In this document: positions 51,500-64,000 of the stretch, piece after piece | How positions within the stretch are numbered: the stretch's first letter is position 1 | How the letters are laid out: each line of letters begins with the position of its first letter | Assembly: GCF_006345805.1 (NCBI RefSeq) | Contig: NC_043012.1 | Span: 14,198,001 to 14,262,000 of the forward strand | Length of the DNA: 64,000 bases | From: Octopus sinensis | Lineage: Eukaryota | Direction of reading: 5' to 3' | The notes under the pieces: generated by a model | Seen by the model: the letters and a program-made list of their open reading frames with translations, nothing else | Databases searched by the model: none | Told to the model about the DNA's origin: nothing | Made by a program: the position numbers and the translations under genes

Positions 51500-52075
51500 T
51501 TCAGTTCAAATTCTGCCGAGGTCGACTTTGCTTTTCATCCTTTCGGGGTCGATAAATTAAGTACCAGTGAAACACTGGGGTTGATATAATCGATTAGTAC
51601 CCAACCCACAAACATGAGGCCTTGTGCCTTCAGTAGAAAAGATTTAGGTACCAGACCAAGAATTTCGAGTGAGAAGGCTAGTCGATTATATTGACCCCAG
51701 TGCTCAACTGGTACATATTTTCTCGACTTGGAAAGGATGAACGGCAAAGCTGACCTCAACAGAATTTGAGTTCAGAATGTAAATATGGACGAAAAGCCGC
51801 TAAGAATTTTACTCGGCGTGCCAACGATTGCGATTCTGCTAGCTCGGCGCCTTTAAATGTGTAAATAATCCTATGTACTAAAGGCACAAGGCCTGAAATT
51901 TGGTCGGAGTGACTAGTCGATTATAATTATGCTCGACTGGTCCTTAGTTTATCGATTTCGATTGATGAACGGCAAAGTCGGCCACAACAGAATTTGAATT
52001 CAGAATGTAAAGACAGACGAAATGACGTAACGTGTTTTGCCTGGCTTGTTAACAATTGTACCAGCTTGCCGCCTT
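51500..52075. mobile_element. Three SINE family B copies (plus, minus, minus)
   Basis: Repeated family B cores. Confidence 0.7.
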
Positions 52076-52446
52076 TAAATGTATAAATAATAATAAAGAA
52101 AACTGCGGAAGTGATTCAATTACGACCCAATGGCCAGAAGTTATGTTAATAGTAATAACGTCAGAAGATTTTTACGTCTGTTTTAGGCAATTAAATTATC
52201 GTTACATGGGGTGCATTTCCAATGCATAGGCTGTATGTCACATCGATTAAATTCGGTGGCAATAAATATAATAGAATGCTTCAGTAATTGAAAGTATGTT
52301 GGAGATAATATTAATATCATGCATGTCACTATTTTCTTTTCCTCTGTGCACACATATAGGTGTGTGTGTGTGTGTTTTGTAAGTGCATGTACGTCTCTGT
52401 ATGTTTAATATATATATGTGTGTATGTGTATGTGTGTGTATGTATG

Positions 52447-52478
<32 letters not shown>

Positions 52479-52631
52479 TGTATGCATGTATACTCACGCA
52501 CACCATACATACCTATTCATACATATATTGTGGATGTTTGCGTATGTATGTGTGTTTATGCGGCGGGAATACGGATGTATGTATGTTTGTGTTTCTACCA
52601 GTGAAACTCTTGTAAATATATATTTTTCTAT

Positions 52632-52681
<50 letters not shown>

Positions 52682-53334
52682 TGTGTGTGTGTCTGTGCGT
52701 GTGTCTGTATATGTATGTATCTATGTATGTATGTATGCGTGCATGTATACACACACATATTTATATATACAGAGAGAGATAGAGAGATAAGGGGAGGAAA
52801 TTTACATTTTGATGGAATGTGTCTAAAAACTACTGAGACACTTAGACAATTGTCAAGAAAGAAACCAAATTGGATATACATGATACTCAACCAGCAATAG
52901 CCGGAGTAAAATATATTAATGTTTAAGCTATGTCACTGCGCAAAGTACTTTATGCAAGGACAAAAATAACAAAAATAGTCTGTATATGTTCGTTCAATCT
53001 GATAAGAATTCCAGCTGAATTTCTCTCCAAGTTCATTGGTTAATCATAGTCAAGTACTATATACCATTAAAATATGGTTGGATCATGACTAAACATAGTT
53101 CTAACACACCAGAGTTGATTTGCAACTGAACAAACATTAAACGTTACTTTAACTTTGATGCATGATCACACTTGCTGTACGAATTGAGGTTTGCTGATAT
53201 AGATACCTTTCACAAAGTGTAATAACTGCGTAAGATTAGGAACAGGGAGAGAATCGAAATCTCACCTCGCTGAAACAGTATAACACACACACACACAAAC
53301 AAGCAATTAAACGCACACAGATATATAGGTATAT

Positions 53335-53500
53335 ATAGGGAGAGTTTACGAAAAAAACAAAAGACGAAGACAGGTGGTGTACAAAACAAACAGATGTATT
53401 AGTATAACGCTCAGGAATAGAAAAAGTATTTTACGTTTCGAGCCTACGCTCTTCTACAGAAAGGGACACAGAAAAAACAAGGAGAGAAAAAAGTATGTGT
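53335..53500 (-). mobile_element. PLE pLTR family P1 copy
   Basis: Reverse complement of the P1 sequence, including ctttCTGTAGAAGAGCgtagGCTCGAAACGTA. Confidence 0.75.
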
Positions 53501-53649
53501 AGTGGCTATCACTGTGTTGTGAGCAATTTGCTCCCTAATCACATGATTTCCGGTTCAGTCCCACTCCGCGGCAGCTTAGGCAAGTGCGTTCTGCTGTATC
53601 ACGCGACCAAGCATTCTGAATGGATTTGGTGGACGGAAATTTAAGTCCA

Positions 53650-53699
<50 letters not shown>

Positions 53700-53766
53700 T
53701 ATATATACGTGTGAATGTATGTATACATATGTCTGTATCTGTATATATACATGTATACATATGTGT

Positions 53767-53800
<34 letters not shown>

Positions 53801-53854
53801 TATATGTATACCAATGAAACGAAGAAGAAAAAGAAAATTCTTTAAGGCATCCTT

Positions 53855-54243
53855 AGCACTACCTCCTCCAGCCACTTGATGTAGGCTTCCGTGTTTTGTA
53901 TGAGGCCTTGTGGGAAGATGAATGGGGGCATCACTAGTGATCACTCCAAACACCATAATACTGACTAGATCTTTGATTTTTATAACTCTCGGTACAAGTC
54001 CTCAGATTGCACTATCCTTAGATTGACATCCAAATACTCTGAAATATTCGTATTGATGCAGTACAGCATGTCATTTCCAAAGTCCTGGCAGAATGAATTG
54101 CGTTATGGTGCTGAAATTTCTCACAAACGGTGCCCAAATGACCCTACTATACTGTGTAGTGGATAAAATCGAAAATATACAATGTGCATGCGTGAAATTA
54201 GAAATATAAAATAGCAACAATTTATGCATCGTACACCATATAT
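53855..54243 (-). mobile_element. Second copy of the 16.9-kb Tc1/mariner derivative
   Basis: The minus strand matches 16909-17330, including the left terminus and MVFGVITSD. Confidence 0.7.
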
Positions 54244-55148
54244 ATATGTGTGCGTGTGTGTGTGTGTGTGTGTTGTGTGTGTGTGTGTGTGTGTGTGCAT
54301 AGGCTATTATTCACAAGACGTTATATAAAATGAACGACTAACAATTTCCAGTTCAATCAACCATTCTCTACGCCGAACAATATTTTCTTTTGACTCCCAG
54401 GAAATTTAATGTGTGATGTGGAAAGACCGAAGTGCAAACTACAATATTATCTAACTCTTGACTCTTCCATCTCCATTGATTTTTCAATATTTTATAACCC
54501 ACAAAGCTGACGAGTTTCCAAAGAAATCAAATTATTTCACTTCCAATTCAGTCTGTCTCAAAATTCTCCTTACAATATCTTGTACACAAATCACCCCACC
54601 CCACTCCCACACACACACGGGTTCTTCCTATACTTATCAATTCCATGCATTAGTTCAGTCTCAGATACTTCGGGAATCTGTAATAGTGCTTCCCACTACG
54701 CGTCCTGCCGTTGCCAAGTCACATAGCCTCAAACAGATTAATCTGAATGCACTACAGCATACATAAAACATTCATACACCAATATATGCACTTAGACCCA
54801 TACCTGCTTATGTCAACTTATAAATCACCTTTTCTTCACGCCTGTTTTTATTGATTTATTAATTTGTTCGTTTTGAACAGATTTCGCAAGCAGATACTCC
54901 ACTAATTTCCACTTCTAAATTTCTACTTACTGAAGACGATAAAACTTAACGTCTTATGAGTGTTTGTACAAAACAGAGAGAAGTGGTGGTGGTGGTGGTG
55001 GTGGTGGTGGTGCAGGGAACAAGAATGGATGACAGTAAATCTACTTCAATAAATTAGATGCAAAACAAAGCAAGAATCTGTGGTGATAATTGAAACATTA
55101 AAGTTTCAGAATTATTGACATTGAAAATAGTTTTTTTTTTATTTCCAG

Positions 55149-55216
55149 CTGACGATGGCGAAATGTGCAAATTTGTTGCCACAAAGAATGTATTTAGTGC
55201 TAGCTACACGTACTAG
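55149..55216 (+). CDS. Candidate small exon ((S)DDGEMCKFVATKNVFSASYTY*)
   Basis: Strong acceptor ttttttttttatttccag|. The phase-1 frame is open, with a possible internal donor AAT|gtattt. Confidence 0.2.
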
Positions 55217-55319
55217 GTTTAAGAGTTCATTTAAGGTTTCATTGACGTATGTCGCTTCTTGTTGACGTTGTTTCTATTATCATGACCAACTACTTGATTA
55301 ACGGTAGAGAAAACCTGGT

Positions 55320-55555
55320 TAAGGCTGCGAGCTGGCAGAAACGTTAGCACGCCGGGCGAAATACGTAGCCGTATTTCGTCTGTCGTTACGTTGTGAGTTC
55401 AAATTCTGCCGAGGTCGACATTGCCTTTCATCCTTTCGGGGTCGATGAAATAAGTACCAGTTGCGTACTGGGGTCGATGTAATCGACTTAATCCGTTTGT
55501 CTGTCCTTGTTTGTCCCCTCTGTGTTTAGCCCCTTGTGGGTAGTAAAGAAATAGG
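55320..55555 (+). mobile_element. SINE family B with TSD gagaaaacctg
   Basis: Full head, core and tail. Confidence 0.9.
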
Positions 55556-55961
55556 TTGAGAAAACCTGACTGCTGATAACTTTTTTTAAAAGAACAGACG
55601 TCGACTACACTACTAACCATGTGGACAATTAATCGACCAATCAAAAACCGAATAGTACTCTTATAAATTTTGTGATTATCATTCCATTTCATTATTTGAG
55701 CGTCACTGACAAGTAATTCGACTTTTAGTCAGCCGAGGATTCGACTGATATCAACAGTACGATACCTTTAGGTACGATGAAATTATTCAGTTTACCAAGA
55801 GAAAATCACATTTGTTTTTAAGTGTGCGTAAGCATGCGTTTGCGACTCTGTGTGTGTATGTGTGTGTTCGCGCGCGCGTTTGCGTGTGTGTGTGTGCGTG
55901 TGCACGTGTATGTGAATGATGTGTATGCGTGTGTGTCTGTGTTTGTGTGAACAGTTGTATG

Positions 55962-56361
55962 CGTTTGACCGGCAGTTTTTTTAAATAATTTCCACGTAAC
56001 TAAACACTTTTAAACTTCGTATACTGGTAGAATGTGTTTATAAAACATCTTTTTCTCTTGGCTTTATTGAAAAAGTTCTATAGTTTGTAAAATATTTGTT
56101 GTTGTTTTTTTCTTCAATTTCTGCAATTTCAACCAATAATTGACGTCTATTGAGGTGAAAACATTCTGTGCCGTATTAATATGTCCCTCGTTTAAGAAAC
56201 AGATTGGGTTTATTTACATTTGTGAAGAAAAAAAAGATACCCTCCCCCCACCCCTAACCCCTAACCCTAAAACAGATTGAAATGCAATATATCGATACTA
56301 GGGTCATAATTATGGGTGACAATTTCATATGACACCGCTAGAAAAAACTGCCGTGCAAACC
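55962..56361. mobile_element. TIR element containing telomere-like (CCCTAA)n
   Basis: TIRs cgtttgaccggcagtttttt / aaaaaactgccgtgcaaaccg and internal cccctaacccctaaccctaa. Confidence 0.55.
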
Positions 56362-56446
56362 GAAAAGATCCAGCAGTTGTGCTGTTTCTTTAAGAGCGCT
56401 TTTTACATTACTGCGCCTCATTAGTTAAATTGTCCGTCCTCATCAG

Positions 56447-56819
56447 GTTGCTATACGCAAGTAGGATATAGTATGGAGCTGTGCAGTGAATTCCATTTTA
56501 TGGTAAGAGGTTATAAAATTTGCCGCTATCTTTCTTTTCGTAGAAATCAAGTAACCAGCACTCCTATCACAGTCATGGCGGACTTTATTATTATGGTCTT
56601 CATGATGAAGAGTATCATCATCGAAATAACCAGCGTCTTCGTCTCATTAAAATTTTTAATGTTGTCCTGCCTCCCGTTCTTATTGATTCTGTTGCCTGTT
56701 GTCATGCTGAGAAGCTTCACGAAGAATGTCAACGAAGATATTCTTCTAATTACTTCTCAACCTGCAACATAGAAATAACCGAAAACAAGAAGAATAAAAA
56801 AAATATGATACATTACTAA
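56447..56819 (+). CDS. Candidate two-exon segment (56447-56502, 56544-56819) encoding a His/Tyr-rich then Cys-containing peptide
   Basis: Acceptor catcag|, donor ATG|gtaaga, acceptor ctatctttcttttcgtag|. The second exon has 91 open codons, KSSNQHSYHSHGGLYYYGLHDEEYHHR...SVACCHAEKLHEECQRRYSSNYFSTC...*. The intron would be only 41 nt. Confidence 0.4.
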
Positions 56820-57039
56820 TCATATCATATTGAAAAAAGACTGACAATGCAAATAACACAGTTCAATAGAAAAAATCATATTCTTCATCAAACTTACAAC
56901 TTTCTTCGAGAGTCATTTTCATTTAGGAATTATTTCTTCATGTCACAAATTTTTCATTCATCACGAGAACAACAGAGCATTGTCCTCTCATCATAATTAT
57001 TATATTTCCACCCCAATATTATTTTTATATAAATTTGAT

Positions 57040-57240
57040 GGATATTTGTCTTCATCTTTATTGTTAATACAACGTTTCGGCTGATATATCCTCCACCCAT
57101 GGGGAAATTTCGAACCTAGGTTCTCATTCCTAAGGTATTTTTCAATTATTATAATTATTCAGGTCACTACCTGTAATCGAACTCGAAATCCTGGGATTAG
57201 TAGTCGGCGCTATTGAGCAGTACGCCATATGCCCGTGGGC
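57040..57240 (-). mobile_element. Family H tRNA-headed hammerhead element, copy 2 (CUGAUGA half deleted)
   Basis: Reverse complement: tRNA-like head, (AAT)n remnant, accttaggaatgagaacctaggttcgaaatttcccc...cagccGAAACGTTgtatt. Confidence 0.7.
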
Positions 57241-57479
57241 AATTATGGAGTGAATTTTAGGGCTTATAAATCTAATATTTTCCTATCCTTCCTTAATACC
57301 GGTTCCCATATGCTATTCATATCTGCACTCGGTCTGCTTAGGAGGTTGTTGAATCCTAGCATATGTACTGCTTCTGTTGGTTTTCGTATTTTCCAGTGGT
57401 GTTCTCTGTCTATTTTTAACTTCATCCCACAGGGGGAGGTGGTTTCCATACATGATCAGCTGTTACACGAGGAGACATT

Positions 57480-59620
57480 GATAAATCGGGTATAGCCGAG
57501 GTCAACTTTGCCTTTGATTCTTTAGGGGTCGATAAAATAAGTACTAGTTGAACACTCGATGTATTAGACTCATCCCCTCCCCCAAAATTGCTTGTGGCAA
57601 AATTTGAAACCACTATTCTTGTTATTATTGTTGTTGTTGTTATTCTTATTGTTGTTATTCTTATTGTTATTATTCTTATTGTTATTCTTATTATTATTAC
57701 TATAGACGTCGCACAGTATACAATATTGTGAAGTTGTTGATTGAAGATATTGTGGCAAAATCGATAGAACACCGGGCAAATTGCTTAGTGGCATTTCCGC
57801 TGTCCTAACGTTCTGTGTTCAAATTCCGCTGAGGTCGAATTTACTTTTTATCCTTTCGGGGTTGATAAAATAATTACCAGTTGAGTGCTGGTGTCGATGT
57901 AAGCGACTTATCCCCTCCCCCGAAATTTCAAACCATGTGTCTATCAAGAAAAGATTATCACGGGAGTGATCGATAAACCGACAAGCCAGCAGAACGGGTA
58001 GCACGCTGCCCTAAATTCTTAGCGACATTTCATATGGATTTACGTTGGGATTTTAAATCCTTATTGTTGAATTGATGGATAAGACGGTGAGCTGGAAGAA
58101 CCGTTAGCACGTTGGACAAAATGCTTTGCGGCATTTCGTCCTACTTTATGTTCTGAGTTCATAATCCGCCAAGGTTCACTTTACTTCTCATTCGCTTGGA
58201 GTCGATGAAATAAGTACCAGTTGAGTACTGGGGTTCAATGTAATCGATTTGATCCCTCACGTAAAATTCCAGACATTGTGTCTATGCAAGAAAAGATTAT
58301 CATGGGCATGGTAGATAAAATGACGAGCTAGCAGAGCGGTTAGCACGCTGCACCAAATACTCAGCGACATTTCATTTGGCTTTACGTTCAGATTTCAAAT
58401 CCCGCCGTGGTCGACTTTCATCCTTTCGGAATCGATGAAATAAGTACCAGTCATGTACTGTGGTCGACATAATCGACTTCGCCAACCCCTCAAAAACTGT
58501 TTAGCCTGTACCAAATTTTTATTATTATTATGAAAGTTATGGATTAGCAGAAGAGTTAGAACCCCCAATAAATGCATTGAGTCTTTTCCTCCGGCTCTTT
58601 ACGTTCTAAGCTAAAACCTCACCGAGACCAAGTTTGTCTTTCATTCTTTCGGAGTCGATAAAATAAAGCACCAGGGTATCGACTCACATCCACTACCTTA
58701 AAAAAAAAAATGCTGGCTTAGCACCAAGACTAAAAACAAAGGCAGTAATCCGACAGAATTGTAACCGCGTTGGACAAAATATTGCTTTCAAATTTTGGCA
58801 CAATACCAGCCGTCTCGGGGTAGGGCTTAAGTCGATTACATTGACCCCAGTACTCAACTGATACTTATTGTATCGAGCCTGAAGAGATGTAAGGCAAAAT
58901 CGGCCTGGGCGGAATTTGAACTCAGAACGTAAAAACGGACTCTGCTAGTGTCTATCAAGAAAAGATTATCATGCCTTCGCTCTGAACAAAATATTAAGCA
59001 GTATTTCTTCCAGCTCTTTATGTATTGTGTATGCCATCGCGGTCAATTTTGTATTTCGTCTTTTCCGGGTCAATAAAATGAGTAATCAAATTGCCCCTTT
59101 CCACAAAACTGCAGGCGTTGGGCTAAAATTAGAAAGAGTCATGATTAAAGGTAACGAGCTGGCAGGATTGTTAGCGCATCAAAGGCAGTGAGCTGGCAGA
59201 GACGTTAGCACGCCGGGCGAAATGCTTACCGGTATTTCGTCTGCCGTTACGTTCTGAGTTCAAATTCCGCCGAGGTCGACTTTGCCTTTCATCCTTCCGG
59301 GGTCAATTAAATAAGTACCAGTTACGGACTTGGGTCGATATAATCGACTTAATCGGTTTGTCTGTCCTTGTTTGTCCTCTCTGTGTTTAGCCCTTTGTGG
59401 GTAGTAAAGAAATAGGTATTTCGTCTCCCGTTACGTTCTGAGTTCAAATTCCGCCGAGGCTGACTTTGGCTTTCATCCTTTCGAGATCGATAAATTAAGT
59501 ACCAGTTACGCACTGGGGTCGATGTAATCGACTTAATCCCTTTATCTGTCCTTGTTTGTCCCCTCTATGTTTAGCCCCTTGTGGGCAATAAAGAAATAAG
59601 TATTGTTAGCGTATCGGGCA
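57480..59620 (+). mobile_element. Tandem cluster of about 9-10 SINE family B copies of different ages
   Basis: Repeated cores, nearly all in the same orientation. The youngest copy is a dimer at about 59180-59600. Confidence 0.8.
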
Positions 59621-60439
59621 AAATGATTTGTGTATTCCTTCCTGTGTTCCTTATGTTGTGAGTTCAAATCCCGCCAAAGTCAAATTTGCATTTTCCTGTT
59701 TTTGGTGTCGATATAGTCGAATCTGCAACGGAAAAGAAAAAAAAAACACTAGTCTTGTGACAAAATTCGAAACCGTTAGTTTTATGATAGCCATCGTTAT
59801 TGCCATTACTGTGTCTGGTATTGCTACTATTTAGCAGTTCCCCCCCCCGCTCCTCTCCGCTACTTGCAACATCATAATCAAACACACCGCTTCCACTTCC
59901 ATCATCAATAGCTTCGTTGTTAGCGTTGCCACAATTCTTGTACAATTCACTATCAACTTTGTTTAGTTGCCATTTTCTGTTTAAAGTTTTTTATTACGTT
60001 TTGTTTCCAAAAAAAAAAAAAAACAAACGTATAAAAAAAATATTCATGTTTTCACATATTTTGATTTACTTTTAAATGTAATTTCATGCTCCAGCTCCTG
60101 AAACACGTATCTTCCCTGCAGGCATTTAGACCAAATCATAAACACACCAACATATAAATATATAAGTAGACATGTTCACATGAAGAAATGAAAACAAATC
60201 ACACGATAAACATGCAAAATTACAAAATCTAAACGAAAAGAATCTGCTAAGAAAAACAGTTCTGCGGTGCTGGATACTTCAATAATTTATTGGTGGAAGT
60301 GATAAATTTATATCAGCTTCTCTCTCTCTTTAAGTCTATTTCTCTATCTGTCTGTCTTTCTTTCCTACTTCTATCAGGATCATAGCTACAGTCTTTGCCT
60401 CATTGCTTTACTTGACACTATGTATACATATATACATGT

Positions 60440-60671
60440 AAGGCGGCGAGCTGGCAGAAACGTTAGCACGCCGGGCGAAATGCGTAGCCGCATTTCGTCT
60501 GTCTTTACGTTCTGAGTTCAAATTCCGCCGAGGTCGACTTTACCTTTCATCCTTTCGGGGTCGATAAATTAAGTACCAGTTACGCACTGGGGTCGATGTA
60601 ATCGACTTAATCCGTTTGTCTGTCCTTGTTTATCCCCTCTGTGTTTAGTCCCTTGTGAGTAGTAAAGAAAT
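60440..60671 (+). mobile_element. SINE family B, near consensus
   Basis: Full length, with possible TSD ctatgtatacat. Confidence 0.9.
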
Positions 60672-61189
60672 AACTATGTATACATGTATGTGTGTGTGCG
60701 TTTATTTATACATATTTATTTATTTATATATATATATATATATTATTTGTTATTTATGTATCGGTTTATGTCTATCACTGTTTGAGTTGCATCAAAGTGG
60801 TTTTATCTCTAATTCATATTTTATATATTTATAGTGTAAAATTTGATTTAATACTAAATCGAATTTTTCCCTGTAAGTTTGGAGTTATACTCCCTAATAT
60901 TATTATTATTATATATATGGGGGTTATGTGTGTATATATGTTTGTGGTATATATATGTGTGTGTGTGTATAATTAATATATATGCATATATGTGTATACG
61001 ACGTCACCAACCGTAAAGAACATGAAATACGAAAACAAATGAGTTAAATACGCAAATAACGAGAGAAAAAAATGGAAAACAAAAATGTAATATGGGCACA
61101 GCAAAGGTTAATAACAATTATATAAAGTAATCTTACATGCTTATGACCAGTTCAAATATGCCAGAAGTATAGGGGTCCTCACCTTGCAT

Positions 61190-61511
61190 GTCGTTTCAAC
61201 AACATTTTGGATGATGTTCTGTTCAGCCTTCATCCGGTGTTTTGGTGGAATTTCGAACCCAGCCTTTTATTTGAGTAATAGGGTAGCCTATACTCATTCC
61301 TAAGGTATTCTTTTTGGGTTGATTATATTTTTGGCGATATTTCTCAAGCCCCTGCCTGGGATTGAACTCAGATACTGGGGATTAGTAGCCCGCACTCTTA
61401 TCCACTACGCTATATGCCCATAGGCATTTAGCGTAGTGCCTACGGGCATATAGCGTAGTGATTAAGAGCACGGGCTACTCACCCTCGGATTCTAAGTTCA
61501 AACCCAGGCAG
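61190..61511 (-). mobile_element. Family H copy 3 with an inverted duplicate of its tRNA head
   Basis: Minus copy 61190-61426 (hammerhead cggatga-a-ggctg...catcc-aaaat-gtt) and an inverted head 61437-61511. Confidence 0.7.
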
Positions 61512-61524
61512 AGATCTATCTATC

Positions 61525-61556
<32 letters not shown>

Positions 61557-61664
61557 ATATACATACATAATTTACAATAATTTATCTTGTAAATTATGTA
61601 TAAATTTTACCTTTAAAGGCATTTTTTGATATGCTGGCCATTGATAAAAAAATTATCCTATATC

Positions 61665-61695
<31 letters not shown>

Positions 61696-61699
61696 CGTC

Positions 61700-61850
61700 G
61701 GACTTCTTTCACTTCCCATCAACTAAATTCACTCACCAGACCCTGGTTGGACCGAGGCTATATTAGAAAATACTTGCCCAAAGTTTCACGCAGTGGGACT
61801 GAACCCGAACCATGTGGTTGGGAAGCAGGCTTCTTACTACACAGCCACTC
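61700..61850 (-). mobile_element. SINE family A 5' part
   Basis: Reverse complement of the family A head. Confidence 0.8.
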
Positions 61851-62584
61851 GTAATGTTACTATGATCTGAAAACACGTGAAGCATATTAACCTTAATGAC
61901 AGGCAATAATGTAGACGGTGAAGATTTTCGCTTATGAAATAAATTGCATTTTGAATTAGTCACTTTATAAGTACGAATCCAAGAGAGAGAAAAATTTTAT
62001 GCCTTCGCTTTATTGTCTTCAATTAATATTAGTTGTATGATGCAAATCGTTCCAATGATGGTAACTTCGAGCGAAACAAAGTTGAATGATAACAATCAAA
62101 TATGAAGTGATTTCTCTCTAGCTCAGGATTCTGCTGTTAAGAAATGTCGAGAATTCATGTGAGAGATGAGAGAACGGAGCACAAAATAGCTTGGACGAAA
62201 TATGTTGAAGGTGCTTTTAGATAATCGTTAAAGCTGTCATCGTATGCAGTTTTCATTATAATTCTTTCTTTATCTTTCCCAACTTGAATTCGTGTCTCAA
62301 AATGTCCATTTCACTTCAGTTATAATCAGAAATCGCAACCGTTTGTTTCACCAGTTACTAATAATATTAGCACGCTGAATATCATTTCAATCTTGACAAC
62401 CTTTTCTATTATACGCATGACATTTTGGTGGAGACGGCTTGCCGATTATAACGATCCCAGTGTTCGCATGGTACTTATTTTATCGACCCTAAAAGGATTA
62501 AAGGCAATATCATCTCAGAACACAAAAGCGGAAAAGATACCGCTAAGCATTTTTTCGCTGTACTAAGCTCACCACCTTCATTTC

Positions 62585-63360
62585 AATCATAATAACAAGA
62601 AGAATGCCATGCTAAATAGTTAGTCAAATGATGAACATTGAAAGTGTTTTTCTTTATATTAGAATTAACCAGCTGCAAAATATCGAGGATCATTCTCAGA
62701 GAAGCAAAATAAATTTTAAAAAGCAAAGCTACTTCAGTAACGCTTTTTGGACATTGTGGAACTAACCCCGAAGATATCACCCACATCATAATCTGTTGTC
62801 CGAAAAGGTCATCACGGTTTTATCTACCGATGAGACATGATGTTGTAACAAGTACACTCTATAATGAAATAGGCATTCCCAATAAAAAGGAGTACTGGTG
62901 GAACTTCCCGGTGAAGACATCTGAAGACAAGAGACCGGATGTGGGATAGAGAAGAGAAAGTGTGCAGTTGTGGAAATTAGCTGCCCGGTGGATGTTCACA
63001 TAAAGCTGAAGATAACTCAAAAAGAGAGCACCTATGCTGAACTATTAAGAAATCTGCTGTTACTCTATTCAGATTACAAGTTCGGGTATATACCTGTAAT
63101 TATTGTGACACTAGGGTATGTAACACACTGCCGAAATACCACTATTCAGAAGTTAGGCTTCTTAAAACCAAACAGGAGAAAGATGATTCGAATACTACAG
63201 ATCCAAGCCATGATTGGAATTGTAAAAGTCAATAAAACCCACTTCCAGAAGTTTAACATTTAAGTATGTCTGAGCAGGTCTAGATATGCAAGTGAGAAGA
63301 CATGAGAAGACATGCATAAAACAAACCATACAAAGCTGTACGTTTACATGCACGCTGACA
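62585..63360 (+). mobile_element. R4/Dong-like (restriction-like endonuclease) non-LTR retrotransposon 3' fragment
   Basis: CGTNPEDITHIIICCP...YLPMRHDVV zinc-knuckle region, then KRPDV...VVEISCPVD...QKESTYAEL...YIPVIIVTLG (RPD-D/E-K RLE motifs). It ends at (ACAT)n. Confidence 0.75.
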
Positions 63361-63509
63361 TACATACATACATACATACATACATACATACATACATAGA
63401 AGAATACACTGTTGTTGATGTTGAAATTCCAATGAAGGAGACATGGATCTATGTTAGAAAGCGGTTCTTTCTCTGTAAGAAATCTTGAAATAAAACTGAA
63501 TAATTACAT

Positions 63510-63690
63510 ACATACATGCATGCATACGTAAATATATACATACATACATACACACATACATACATACATACATACATACATACATACACACATACATACA
63601 TACACACATACATACATACATACATACATACATACATACATACATACATACATACATACATACACACATGCATGCATGTATACATACAAG
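63510..63690. repeat. (TACA)n microsatellite, one of many (TA)n, (TG)n, (TAGA)n and (GAAA)n tracts in the window
   Basis: Direct reading. Confidence 0.95.
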
Positions 63691-64000
63691 TTCGGTTTTG
63701 ACAGAAACGGTTATATTTAGTGATGCCCTCGAGTCTATATATTATTAGTACGCATTCGTATCTATCCATAAATATATATATCTGTGCAAATGCACACATT
63801 TTATCTTGTTTATTAACGTTTGCTCGAGTGAGCAGTGGAAGTGCTTCTTTATGTAAGCTTCGAAAGGCTTTCAATGAGAGCTTTTGGTTTAATTCTTTTT
63901 GGCAATGTCATGAAAAAAATTATGTTAAAAAAGCGTTTTGTTCGACTTCACACTTTTCGTACTCTGTGTTGATTTATCTTATTCATATATGTTTTCAGTG

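Noticed and set aside
56250-56270. Telomeric (CCCTAA)n as an interstitial telomere or fusion site
   Set aside because: There are only about three units and they sit inside a TIR-bounded repeat element.
62125-62161. Micro-exon candidates with AG/GT boundaries (here QDSAVKKCREF; also about 8300-8371, 24238-24303 and 25976-25996)
   Set aside because: Short open frames with splice-like ends are expected by chance in 64 kb of AT-rich DNA and have no supporting homology.

Overview
Eukaryotic, AT-rich, repeat-dominated genomic DNA. It is most likely a coleoid cephalopod (Octopus-like), inferred from the SINE families and the dense (TA)n/(CA)n/(TAGA)n/(TACA)n microsatellites. No complete host gene or gene symbol could be recognised, and most ORF-track entries are microsatellite or repeat artefacts. 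Supported content: (1) a nearly intact, 5'-truncated Penelope-like retroelement (RT + GIY-YIG, Neptune-like) at 17.7-20.5 kb, plus two more decayed PLE remnants; (2) RTE, CR1/L2-type and R4/Dong-type LINE fragments; (3) several Tc1/mariner derivatives, a hAT-like MITE and Helentron/HINE-like elements; (4) dozens of tRNA-derived SINEs from at least three families; (5) weak splice-site-supported candidate exons on the + strand (12.9, 33.3-34.5, 55.1-56.8 kb) and one on the - strand (0.7-0.95 kb). The most interesting signal is a diverse population of minimal type I hammerhead ribozyme motifs. These include a tRNA-headed SINE-like family that carries a hammerhead and shows Penelope-style inverted ends (three copies), and a PLE pLTR family whose four copies all have a non-canonical CUGUNGA core. 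All calls come from manual reading. No database search or folding program was run, and coordinates of repeats are approximate.
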